Origin: a virus | Direction: 5' to 3' (one strand) | Length of the DNA: 64,000 nucleotides | IMG/VR virus record: IMGVR_UViG_3300031949_000012 | Location: 1 to 64,000 of that record | Part shown: one piece after another, positions 44,731 through 54,447 of the stretch | Numbering within the stretch: position 1 is the first letter of the stretch | How the letters are laid out: every line of letters starts with the position of its first letter | Program-made: the position numbers and the translations under genes | Notes under the pieces: model-generated | Databases searched by the model: none | The model's input: only the letters and a program-made list of their open reading frames with translations | Told to the model about the DNA's origin: nothing

Positions 44731-47700
44731 ATGGCAATACGGTCCGTTTACGAAGCCCAGATTAAGTTCGAGCTGGACGAAGAACAACTGGATAAGTCAC
44801 TGGCGCGAGCGGCAGAAGCTGCACGAAACGCCGCCAAGAAAATTAGCGATACCCTTGGCGGCGTTTCTGTCAGTGGCTTTGGTATTGCCCGTGGCAAAGC
44901 TGGCGAATTTGGCGGGTTACAAGACCTTTCTCTCAAAGAGGCCAAACTTTTTATTGGCGAGGCCAGAGGTATTTTTAGAGAGCTTGAGAATGTCAGTAAA
45001 GAAGGGCTCCTAAAAGCCTTCGAGGAGATCGAGACCCAGACCGGCGTATCAACCAAGGCGATTATCGCCACTTTCGCCCGTATGAACCCGGAAATACGCC
45101 AGCTGTGGGTGGCGTTCAAAGAAGGCGGTATTGAGGAAGTGCAGCGCCTCTTTGATGCTGTGGTAGGGCACTCGATTATTCCAGACTTAATTGATAAGAT
45201 TGTTCTTGAGTTTGTCAAATTACCTGATTTGACAAAACCCCGCATTACCGAACTGCTGGATCAATTCCAGCGGTTAGACCGGGAAAGCACCGGCCTTGTT
45301 TCTGGTGCTGTATCCAAAGAAGCTCGTCAAGTTGAAAGAGAGCTAGAAGGGTTACTGCGCCGTGTCAAGGCAGAAAGCTCTTTAGCTTCGTTCAAGGTCT
45401 CTATCCCAGAAATCAAAATCCCAGATGTTAAGCAGCTATTTTCTCCTCTGGTTAATCAGGCTGCAAATGCCGGGCGACAGGTTGGAGATACCCTAAAAAC
45501 TTCTATAGCTAATAGCTTTGGTGAAATTAGCAAGCAAGCTGGCAAGGTATCCGGTTTCTTTGAGTTCTTAGACCCAAGACTGCTTAAGCCAGTGCTGGTT
45601 GATTTAGGCCAGGCTTTATCAGAGTTACCCAAGGCTTTCGGTCAGGTTGGGAAACAGGCTGGCCAGGCTTTGGCTGAACCGCTGCTTGAATTAAGCCGGC
45701 CGGTGGCCGATGCAGCCCGAAAATTGGGAGCTGACATCGGCTTGTCTCTTTCCCAGGGGATGGAAGTTTTAAGAACCGGACCAAGTGATGTCTTGAGGGA
45801 AGTAACCAGCGCGGTTACTTCCTTTGGCGACGCAACCAGGGAAGTCTTTGGCCAGGTAATAGCTCGGACGGTTGTGCCGGCGTCCGAACTGATGGTCGAA
45901 GTCATTGCCGAAGTTGATTCTAAAACGGCCGGTTTACAGCAAGCCCTTCGCATTTTGGGTGAAGGGATGAAAAGCAGCCTGCAAGGTGGCGGTCAGATTG
46001 CCACTTCTGCTTTGAATACGGCTGGTCAGGCCATTAGCAATTTTGGACAGCAGGTCAACTCCTTAACTACCAAGATTGGCGTCCAGGCACAAAATACGTT
46101 TGGCGCTTTTGCCTTGGGAATGAAGCAAAATATCACCCAAGGCTTTTCTCTGGCTGCATCGAGTATTGCCCAGGGCGCAACCAATATTGGTTCTTCTCTA
46201 AATAATGTCCTTCAGCAATCCACCCAATTTGCCACTATTTTTAGTCGGAATATTAAGCAGGCACAGATAGCCGTAGCTACGGCGGCTGTTCCGGCGCAAA
46301 CGTTTCAACTACCAGACCTTAGACAACAAATTGCTCACTTAGAACAGCAGATGTCCCGCTTCACTTCCAAGTCAGGTGAGGGCTTCAAGGAGCTTAACCG
46401 CCGTTTCACTGAGACTAGAGGCGAAGTTATCAAGCTGCAACACGAAGTCGATCAGGGGATCATCAATCCGGCCGTACTTACGACTGCTGAAAAAGGCTTA
46501 CAAGCGATTGGCGTCGAGATTGAAAAACTCAGGCGAGTCGAGATTGGCCGCATCACCGGCGAGTTCAACCAGGTTGGTAAAACCGCTGACCTGTCAGCTA
46601 AGGCGATAGGGGGATTTGGCACCGCGATGACCCTGGCCTCAGAGACTGGGGGAAATAAGCTCTTTGCCTTACGGTTGGCTCTGTTTGGTGTCCGAGATGT
46701 CGCCGGGCCGCTAGGCGGCATCTTCAATCGCTTTGGCCGGGACTTGGATAAAGTGGGCATTGCCGAAGACAAGCTGGCTCAGGCTTCGGTGAAGGTTAGC
46801 CAGACCTTGGCTAAACAAACCACAGCTATGAAGGGGCAGGTGGATGACCTGAAACGACTAGGTCAACTGGAGGGGGTTCGGGTTGAGGTTTTTTCGGACT
46901 TAGATGCTCAGGTCAGCCGGGTTGAAAAATCCTATAAGGATATGATTACAACCATTGAGTCCGGCGGTAAACCAACTGCTCAACAGCTATCACGAATCAG
47001 AACCGAAGCCAAACAGCTTGAGATCGAGTTTCAACAAATTCGGAAGTCCGGCCCACTTCCAGCGAATGTACTGAATGGTCTCAAGCAGCTTGAGCAAAGA
47101 ATAAAGTCCAATGTGCCGGCTACCCGGTTCTTGGCCGCTACGATGGACCACCTCTCCGGCGCGGTGGATAAAGCTAGGGCCAAGCAAAGCGGTCTAAGCA
47201 AAGAGACTGAGACAATCGGGCGGCGATTTAGCCTGCTACGGAGAGACACAAAACAAGCTGAGACCGGTTTGAATGAAGTCCGGCAAAGTGCCGAGAAGAC
47301 TTCTGGGGCAATGCGAACCATTGGCGGCGCATTGAACACTTTCAAGGCAACGTTCCTGGGCGTTTTTGGGGGGAATATCCTCTCAGGCCTGGTTTTTCGT
47401 CTACGCGATTCGATTGAGCAGCTGCCCTTCACTTTAATCAAATTAGGTAGCGATGCTGAAGAAAGTATGAGCAAGTTTGCCACCGTTTTTGAGGGTGGTG
47501 GTGTAGCTGGCGAACAGTTTGGTGTTCAGTTCACCGAGTTAGCTGAGAATACGTTCAGCCGGATTAGTGAGTTTGCCAAAAAGGTGGGCCGCAGCAAATT
47601 CGACCTGGCCGGTTTTGCGGCCACCTTACAAGATACATTTGTGCCACTGGGCTTTGCCTCTGAGCAGGCAGCCGAAATGAGTGGGGCGCTGACCAAGCTG

Positions 47701-50700
47701 ACTGTAGATATGTCTAGCTTTAACAATATTTCTGAGCCGGAAACGCTTCGTGCCATACAATCGGCTATTGTGGGAAACCACGAAACCATGCGACCGTATG
47801 GCGTGATAATCACCGAAACAACTCTCAAACTCGAAGGATTGCGACTTGGGCTTATCGCTGGCAAACAAGAGATGAGTGAGCAGCAAAAAGTGATGGCTCG
47901 CTTGAGCTTGATTATTGCCGGCAATGCGGCTGCTATTGGTGATGCTGAGCGAACTGCCGGTTCTTGGGCTAATCAACAAAGACAATTTACTTCGGTATTA
48001 AAGGATACCGGCACAACGTTGGGCCTGACCATACAACAAACATTGGCGCCATTCTTGAAAATTTTGGTTCAGATTACCCAACAGGTCGGCCCGAAAGTTC
48101 TGGCTTTTTTTGAGGGCTTAGACGCCAAAGTGCGTCCCTTTATGGCTACCCTGGCCGATGCTTTTGGCTCCGGCAACTGGTCACAGGTGATGGACCTTTT
48201 CGCTGGAGCGTTAGAAACCGGCGTTAATAACGCTCTGACTTTCCTGGAAGGTTTTATTCCTCAAGCCTTTGAATGGGGTTTTAATTTCGCCGTCGAGATT
48301 GCGAATGGCCTGATTGATGCTGCCTCATCGGTTATCATGGATGCGGTAAATTATATTGGCGAGCTCATCTCATCTTTCCTTGAGGGAAGCTCGCCACCAG
48401 AACAAGGGCCGCTCTCTACGATTGACCAATGGGCCAAGGGCCTGGTTGACACCTTCTCCTCCGGCTTCGATGATGCTGATTTCAGTTTTATGACCGATGT
48501 CTTAGGCTCGATTTCCGATGCGCTAACCAAGGCCAACTTTGACTCAGTTAAACAAGGGCTGGTTGGCCTGGTAGATGAGATTAACCGTACCGGCAACTTT
48601 AGCACCGAGTCATTCAATGCTCTGACCGCCCAACTTGGCGAGGGAAATGAAGAACTCAAGAAGACATTGGAATTAAACCTCGAACTCGAAAAGGCCCGTA
48701 AGAATGTCTTAGACGTTGAGAGTGAAGTGGCAGCGGCTGAGAAGGCTGGTTTTGTGCCTTCTGCTTTGCGAAGCAAGCTGGATGCAGCCAAAAAGGAGCA
48801 AAGCCAGGCCGAAAAGAATATCAAGACCCAAGAAGCATTTCTGAAGTTTCAAAAGTTAGGTTTGGACGACATTCAGAAGTCCAGCGCCTCGGCTGGTAAG
48901 GCCGCGGCCAATGCGGCCAAGGCTGGTACGAAGGCGGTTAAAGAGGCAGTTGACAAACAACTTGAGTTTATTCAAAGTGGTTTTGCCAGAGAGAAAGCCT
49001 TGCTTGATGAAAAGTTAGCCCGTGGCGCAATCTCTTACGAAGAATATCTGGGCGAGCTTATTAAACTTGAGGAAAAGTATGTTGACGCTTCGCTTGAAGA
49101 AGGGCTAACCGGCAATCTTGAAGAACATATCGCTAACCTGAATAAGCTCAGGGCCGAACTGGAAACGCTCAAGAAAACAGCTAAAGAAGCCGGAAAAGGT
49201 ACCGGCCTTATTCCCGAAGACCTATTGGGCAAAATCCTTGAGCCTATCGCCTTGCCTAAGCTGGATGAGGTTTCTACCAAGATTACGGCTGCCTTCAAGG
49301 ACATAGGCAGCACAATTGGCGCTAACTTCTCCGACGCCTTTGAGGTTTCGGTCAAACAAAAACTGCCTGAAGCGATGGGGCGTATTGGCAGTTCTATCCT
49401 AGAAGGCTTGAAAAGAATATTTGGCCGTTTGACTTCAGGCGAACTAACCGCTAAGGAGGGCATTATCGGCACGTTACTCTTGGGAGGTGGGGCCGCCGCC
49501 GCCTTGAAAGCCCTGGCGCCAATTGGGGTGTCGCTGCTAAAAATCTTGAGCATTGCCAAACGGTTTACCCCGGTTGGATTAGCTCTTTTTTTGGTCTTCA
49601 GGAATTGGGATAAGATTAGCGCGGCATTAACGGCAACCTGGGAATTTCTGACAGACATCTGGACCAAGTTTACCGGAAAACTTGGGGGAACTGAAGCCAC
49701 AATCAGGACTATCACCGGTATTCTCCAGAACTTAGCCGATGTCGCCAGAACTATTGGGGGTAATATCCAGGAACTTATCTCAAACATCCTGAAGGGCGAG
49801 CCAGTATCCTTTCAGGATTTCTCGAATGTTTTTGATTTTAGTGGATTAAATCTTGAGCCTATCAAAGTAGTCGGCCGGGCAATGTTTGACGCTCTGAAGG
49901 AAGCGATTAGTGAAAGGTTTAACACCGAGGGGTTAATCCCCAAGATGGACCCGGCCATTGCTGCCAACATTACCGGTATTCTGGACAAAATCAAGCAGGC
50001 TTTTGCCGACTTTATGAAAGAGGGGGAGCTGGGGGCAGAGTTGGCCCGATTGTTCAAGATTATCTCAGATAACGTGCCAGCTGCTCTGGCTTTGCTTGGC
50101 GCTATGGTTCCGGCTTTGTTGGCTATTACCAATACCACCGGCGCAGTAACGCCGGTTATTGGTTCACTCACCATTGGCATCAGCAAGTTTATTCCTATTG
50201 TAGCTGCAGCCATGGTAGTCATCCGGCATTTTGGCGAAATCTGGCCTTTTGTCAGTGATGCTTTAGCCGGTGTGGTCAGGGTTATCAGTGGCGCAGTCTT
50301 GGTTATTGGTGGCTTCTTCAAACTCTTTAGCGATGAAACCAGGACTGAGGGTATCAAACAAATCTGGCAAGGAACAGCTGATATTTTCACCGGTTCAGTG
50401 GATGTGATGCTAAACGCCGGTTCAGCCCTGGCTGTTTTCTTTGTTAATATGGTAGGTGATATTTCAGGTACTATTGCTAATCTATTGACAGCAATGGGAT
50501 TTGGGCCTGAAGTAACTCAGCCATTCCTGAATGTGCAAGAAGCAATGACCCATATCAGTACCGCCTTTATCAACACGGTAGCCCAGGTTAGAGTGACCCT
50601 GCAGCAACTTAATTTTTTGATTTCTTACTTCCTTGGCCAGGTCAACGACTTTATCATAGGCTGGGCGCAAAAGATTTACGATTATCTGGTAGGCAACTCA

Positions 50701-53028
50701 ATTATCCCCGACCTGATCAATGGCATTGTGGCTTTATTTGCCAGCTTGCCCGGTCAGTTAATAGCATCCTTAGCCGGTCTAGGTACAAGCATTGGCAAAA
50801 TCTTCATTGATGCGGTGAGTATTCTGCCTGGTCTTTTAGCGCCAATTTTGGAAGGGAAACTGGGTATAGTAGTTCGCGGCGCGGCAGCAGTCTTTGGTAA
50901 TCTCAAAACAATTCTTTCTACTATTTTTATGGGCAATATACCAACCGCTATTAACTCATTTGTGAGTAGTTTGGGCGGCGTCTTAACTGTGGTGCAGAAG
51001 TTAGGACCTGCCTTAAATGTGATCACAACGGTCATTGTCAACTGGGCTGATTTTATCCCCAGTTTAGAAAATATTAAGCAGGGGCTTTTAGCCATCTTTA
51101 CCGGCCTATCAAGTATCAGCCAGGGACTTTTGAATTTGCTAACTCCGGGCAAGATTTCGGAGGGCTTAACCAATGTCTTGACCGGTATTATCTCGATTAC
51201 AACTGGCGTGACCGATATTATCATTGGCGCAGGTACCGCCGTTGCTACCTTCTTTTTAGACCAGGCGCAAGGATTGGCTGGTTCAGCTGCCGGATTGCTT
51301 GAGTCTATGGGGTTGGAAAGGCTGGCCGAACCGTTCAGGAATGTAGAAACCTTCTTTGGTTTTATGGTGGAGGGTCTAAGCCAAAAAAGAGATGAATCTA
51401 TTGTTATCCTGAACGGGCTTTCAACCCAATTCCAAACCATTTTGGGTTTGATGGTTTCCTTTGGAACATCCTGGGGCAATGACCTGGTGGCCGGGTTTGC
51501 CCTAGGCCTGGACAATCTCAGGACACTTTTTGGCGGCGAGAAGCTGGTTGAAATCAAAGACGCCTTTATCTCCGGCCTTTTTCAGATGAAGGATGAAGCC
51601 TTGCAAATTGTGGCCGAGATGGTTACGAAATTCGTGGCCGAGATTGTCAGTATCCCCCAAAAGGTCAAGGAAACTGCCCTGGGTGCAACTGAGGGAGCAC
51701 GTGAGCTGGGATCATCAGTCAGCCGGGGGGTACAAGATGGACTTGGAAATATTGGTTCATTTATCTCTCAGCAGACTGACAGCATTACTGCCCCGGTTGA
51801 AACGGCAACCACTGGAATTATTGGTTTCTTTACCAACATGAAGAATCAATTGGTCGGTAACTCTGTTGTGCCGGACACGGTGACGGCTATCGTCACCACC
51901 TTTCAAACAATGACGCCACTAGTTTTGGCGGCAGTTGCACCACTGGCTACTAGTCTTGAGACAACTTTCAATCGCATTGGCCTTATCTGGCGTACTAATG
52001 CCCAGGGAATGGTCACAAGTTGGGGAACAGCCATTGGTTCTATCCAGATACTCTCAACCGGGGCTGAGAGGGCCGGGCAAGCATTGGCAGTAGGGCTCTT
52101 GACCGGCAGCGAGAAGGGATTAAAACCGCTTATCAAACTCTTTGAGGACCAGGCCGAAGTCATCCTTGAACCAATGACCTTCATCATAACCAGCATTGAA
52201 AATCTATGGAAAACGATGGCAACCAATGTTAGTACAGTCATTATCCCAGAGATGGTTCTGTTGGTCTTGACCGGGTTCACCGAGATGAGTTTCCAACTCA
52301 CAACCATTATAGCTACAATGGCAACCGGCGTTGAAAATGAAATGACCAACCTGACAAAAGTCTGGATTGAAAAGCTCAACCAGATGAACACCGCCTTGAC
52401 TGCCTTTGCAAACCTGGCGAAAAGTACATTGGCCACGGTTACAGCTGCAGTGAATAGCCTCAAGAGCGCCCTGAACGCAGCCGAAAACGCAGCCGAACAA
52501 TTGGTAGACGTGCTTGAGGAACTACGCGATTTCGAGATGGATAGGCTCGTGGATGCAGTGAACGAGCTGGCCGGGGCGATTGCCACGGCTAGAGATTATA
52601 CCGAAACGCTCAAGAATTACATGATCGAAGCCAAAGAAGCAGCCGAAGCCTATCGGGATGCGCTTCAAGCGGCTAATGTGCCGCCGCCTTCCGGCACGGC
52701 CCCACCACCATTCCAGACCGGCGCCTGGAAGATACCACAGGTTATGACTGCCCTGCTGCACCCCGGCGAGATGGTTTTGCCACCCGATGTAGCCGAGAGC
52801 GCCCGGCAGATGTTTGAACTGGCCAGTCGCAGTGGCATTGGCAGCCGGGATTTTAGCATCTCTCAAACGAGGCCGGTAATGGCAAACAACACCGTCAACA
52901 GCGGCAGTACTGTTGTTATCAATGCCAACTTCCCCGGCGTCACTAACGCCAGGGAGATGCAAGGCATAGATCAATATCTTAATGAATTGGTAGCGCGAGG
53001 CCGCGCTTTTGCGGCGATAGGACAATAG
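44731..53028 (+). CDS. tape measure protein (2765 aa)
   Basis: length, Ala/Gly-rich helices, DMSSFNN...G..E.+..YG core, C-terminal LHPGE.VLP. Confidence 0.92.
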   Translation: MAIRSVYEAQIKFELDEEQLDKSLARAAEAARNAAKKISDTLGGVSVSGFGIARGKAGEFGGLQDLSLKEAKLFIGEARGIFRELENVSKEGLLKAFEEIETQTGVSTKAIIATFARMNPEIRQLWVAFKEGGIEEVQRLFDAVVGHSIIPDLIDKIVLEFVKLPDLTKPRITELLDQFQRLDRESTGLVSGAVSKEARQVERELEGLLRRVKAESSLASFKVSIPEIKIPDVKQLFSPLVNQAANAGRQVGDTLKTSIANSFGEISKQAGKVSGFFEFLDPRLLKPVLVDLGQALSELPKAFGQVGKQAGQALAEPLLELSRPVADAARKLGADIGLSLSQGMEVLRTGPSDVLREVTSAVTSFGDATREVFGQVIARTVVPASELMVEVIAEVDSKTAGLQQALRILGEGMKSSLQGGGQIATSALNTAGQAISNFGQQVNSLTTKIGVQAQNTFGAFALGMKQNITQGFSLAASSIAQGATNIGSSLNNVLQQSTQFATIFSRNIKQAQIAVATAAVPAQTFQLPDLRQQIAHLEQQMSRFTSKSGEGFKELNRRFTETRGEVIKLQHEVDQGIINPAVLTTAEKGLQAIGVEIEKLRRVEIGRITGEFNQVGKTADLSAKAIGGFGTAMTLASETGGNKLFALRLALFGVRDVAGPLGGIFNRFGRDLDKVGIAEDKLAQASVKVSQTLAKQTTAMKGQVDDLKRLGQLEGVRVEVFSDLDAQVSRVEKSYKDMITTIESGGKPTAQQLSRIRTEAKQLEIEFQQIRKSGPLPANVLNGLKQLEQRIKSNVPATRFLAATMDHLSGAVDKARAKQSGLSKETETIGRRFSLLRRDTKQAETGLNEVRQSAEKTSGAMRTIGGALNTFKATFLGVFGGNILSGLVFRLRDSIEQLPFTLIKLGSDAEESMSKFATVFEGGGVAGEQFGVQFTELAENTFSRISEFAKKVGRSKFDLAGFAATLQDTFVPLGFASEQAAEMSGALTKLTVDMSSFNNISEPETLRAIQSAIVGNHETMRPYGVIITETTLKLEGLRLGLIAGKQEMSEQQKVMARLSLIIAGNAAAIGDAERTAGSWANQQRQFTSVLKDTGTTLGLTIQQTLAPFLKILVQITQQVGPKVLAFFEGLDAKVRPFMATLADAFGSGNWSQVMDLFAGALETGVNNALTFLEGFIPQAFEWGFNFAVEIANGLIDAASSVIMDAVNYIGELISSFLEGSSPPEQGPLSTIDQWAKGLVDTFSSGFDDADFSFMTDVLGSISDALTKANFDSVKQGLVGLVDEINRTGNFSTESFNALTAQLGEGNEELKKTLELNLELEKARKNVLDVESEVAAAEKAGFVPSALRSKLDAAKKEQSQAEKNIKTQEAFLKFQKLGLDDIQKSSASAGKAAANAAKAGTKAVKEAVDKQLEFIQSGFAREKALLDEKLARGAISYEEYLGELIKLEEKYVDASLEEGLTGNLEEHIANLNKLRAELETLKKTAKEAGKGTGLIPEDLLGKILEPIALPKLDEVSTKITAAFKDIGSTIGANFSDAFEVSVKQKLPEAMGRIGSSILEGLKRIFGRLTSGELTAKEGIIGTLLLGGGAAAALKALAPIGVSLLKILSIAKRFTPVGLALFLVFRNWDKISAALTATWEFLTDIWTKFTGKLGGTEATIRTITGILQNLADVARTIGGNIQELISNILKGEPVSFQDFSNVFDFSGLNLEPIKVVGRAMFDALKEAISERFNTEGLIPKMDPAIAANITGILDKIKQAFADFMKEGELGAELARLFKIISDNVPAALALLGAMVPALLAITNTTGAVTPVIGSLTIGISKFIPIVAAAMVVIRHFGEIWPFVSDALAGVVRVISGAVLVIGGFFKLFSDETRTEGIKQIWQGTADIFTGSVDVMLNAGSALAVFFVNMVGDISGTIANLLTAMGFGPEVTQPFLNVQEAMTHISTAFINTVAQVRVTLQQLNFLISYFLGQVNDFIIGWAQKIYDYLVGNSIIPDLINGIVALFASLPGQLIASLAGLGTSIGKIFIDAVSILPGLLAPILEGKLGIVVRGAAAVFGNLKTILSTIFMGNIPTAINSFVSSLGGVLTVVQKLGPALNVITTVIVNWADFIPSLENIKQGLLAIFTGLSSISQGLLNLLTPGKISEGLTNVLTGIISITTGVTDIIIGAGTAVATFFLDQAQGLAGSAAGLLESMGLERLAEPFRNVETFFGFMVEGLSQKRDESIVILNGLSTQFQTILGLMVSFGTSWGNDLVAGFALGLDNLRTLFGGEKLVEIKDAFISGLFQMKDEALQIVAEMVTKFVAEIVSIPQKVKETALGATEGARELGSSVSRGVQDGLGNIGSFISQQTDSITAPVETATTGIIGFFTNMKNQLVGNSVVPDTVTAIVTTFQTMTPLVLAAVAPLATSLETTFNRIGLIWRTNAQGMVTSWGTAIGSIQILSTGAERAGQALAVGLLTGSEKGLKPLIKLFEDQAEVILEPMTFIITSIENLWKTMATNVSTVIIPEMVLLVLTGFTEMSFQLTTIIATMATGVENEMTNLTKVWIEKLNQMNTALTAFANLAKSTLATVTAAVNSLKSALNAAENAAEQLVDVLEELRDFEMDRLVDAVNELAGAIATARDYTETLKNYMIEAKEAAEAYRDALQAANVPPPSGTAPPPFQTGAWKIPQVMTALLHPGEMVLPPDVAESARQMFELASRSGIGSRDFSISQTRPVMANNTVNSGSTVVINANFPGVTNAREMQGIDQYLNELVARGRAFAAIGQ

Positions 53029-53043
53029 TGAGCTTGTCGAACT

Positions 53044-54447
53044 ATGGCAACTGGAATTTTCAAGATACATCCCAAGAACGGGCCAACGATTACGATAGAC
53101 TATCCCGGCCAGGGCGCTGGGCCTTACTTCTTTATCTTGGCTGACTTCAATGAGGGTAAGCGACAGGAAGTCATCTATTCTTCCGGTAAAGTGGGTGGCG
53201 TGGTGCAAGGGGTCAATTCAGGCCTGGTCGAGATAGAGGTAGTTATTCAGGTAGCCGGAAATTCTGAGGCAGAATGTTCGTCCTTAGTTCGGCCACTCAT
53301 GTACGCCCTGGGCGACAAGGATGGCGGCACGATTGAATACAAGCCGGTGGAGTATGCCGATAACGTCTTGCATACCTACTACACCTACTTACAAGCCCCA
53401 CCGCCAACAATCTACGCTGCTAAAACTACGGTTTCGGACAGCGACTATAAGCTGGGCGTAGCCTATCAATTCAAGATTAAGACGAAAGCCTGGGCGACAA
53501 GCGATCCGGCAAACCCGGTTGCAATTACCTCTGGATCAATAAGCGATGCTAATTCAAATTCGGTTACTGTTCTTTCAAGTGCATTAAAGGGAGACATTAC
53601 CTTTCCGAATTTTACGATTACGCCTACTTTGGATTTGCCAAGTGGACAACACGCTAAAGCCGTTTTGTTTTATACACGTGAAAGTGATGGCGCAGCAAAC
53701 CGAGAGGTTATGGATGGTACAGATTTTACCGGGCCAAATTCGTCAGACGGAAGCAACTATAAACTTATTACTGATGATACAATTCTAACAGCGCCAATTA
53801 CATCAGGGTTGAATAAGTTATATTTTGGTTGGGTTACACCTATACTTGATATATCAAGAAATAGTGCTGGATCACCTGGGCAAACCGTTGAGGTACGAGT
53901 TGGTATTCAAAGCGATAGCATGACCGATGTTATTGAATGGTCCTCTCCTATAAAAATTGTAATACCTGGGGATGCTGATAAAAAAGTATATTTTATCCCA
54001 GAGATACCATTTCCTCCCATATATCTTGGCTCCGACTTATACATCTCTGGTATTCTTGATGCCTTGAATATTAAAGTTCAATTTACTCTGGGAAACTCCG
54101 ACCCAATTCGGTGGTATTTCATGGGATTACTAAAAGCCGACGAGTATATAACCATGATCAAGGATCATCCATCTGGCCCTGGTCTTATTAGTCCAAATCA
54201 TATCAAAGTCAGTTCGCACGACGAAAGCGTTAATTGTTTTAACACCGATGACGCTATTATTTCTCCCTGGCATATAAGCGGGACACCTTTATCTGAATTT
54301 ATTATTTCGTCTAATAGATCGACCTCATTGAAGTTTTATCGGTTGAGAATTACGAATGAAGAATATCTTCTAATGGGAAGTGGAAGTATTTTTGGGGTCG
54401 TCGTTACAGGTGTTTTCGGAACAATCTATCCTTTTGATGAAGCGTAA
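53044..54447 (+). CDS. distal tail protein (Dit-like, putative)
   Basis: directly after TMP. Confidence 0.6.
   Translation: MATGIFKIHPKNGPTITIDYPGQGAGPYFFILADFNEGKRQEVIYSSGKVGGVVQGVNSGLVEIEVVIQVAGNSEAECSSLVRPLMYALGDKDGGTIEYKPVEYADNVLHTYYTYLQAPPPTIYAAKTTVSDSDYKLGVAYQFKIKTKAWATSDPANPVAITSGSISDANSNSVTVLSSALKGDITFPNFTITPTLDLPSGQHAKAVLFYTRESDGAANREVMDGTDFTGPNSSDGSNYKLITDDTILTAPITSGLNKLYFGWVTPILDISRNSAGSPGQTVEVRVGIQSDSMTDVIEWSSPIKIVIPGDADKKVYFIPEIPFPPIYLGSDLYISGILDALNIKVQFTLGNSDPIRWYFMGLLKADEYITMIKDHPSGPGLISPNHIKVSSHDESVNCFNTDDAIISPWHISGTPLSEFIISSNRSTSLKFYRLRITNEEYLLMGSGSIFGVVVTGVFGTIYPFDEA

Noticed and set aside
44748-53208. Many minus-strand ORFs opposite the TMP, and similar antisense ORFs such as 6591..7430 and 25123..25938
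   Set aside because: Shadow frames of long genes; no SD, no motifs, against operon direction
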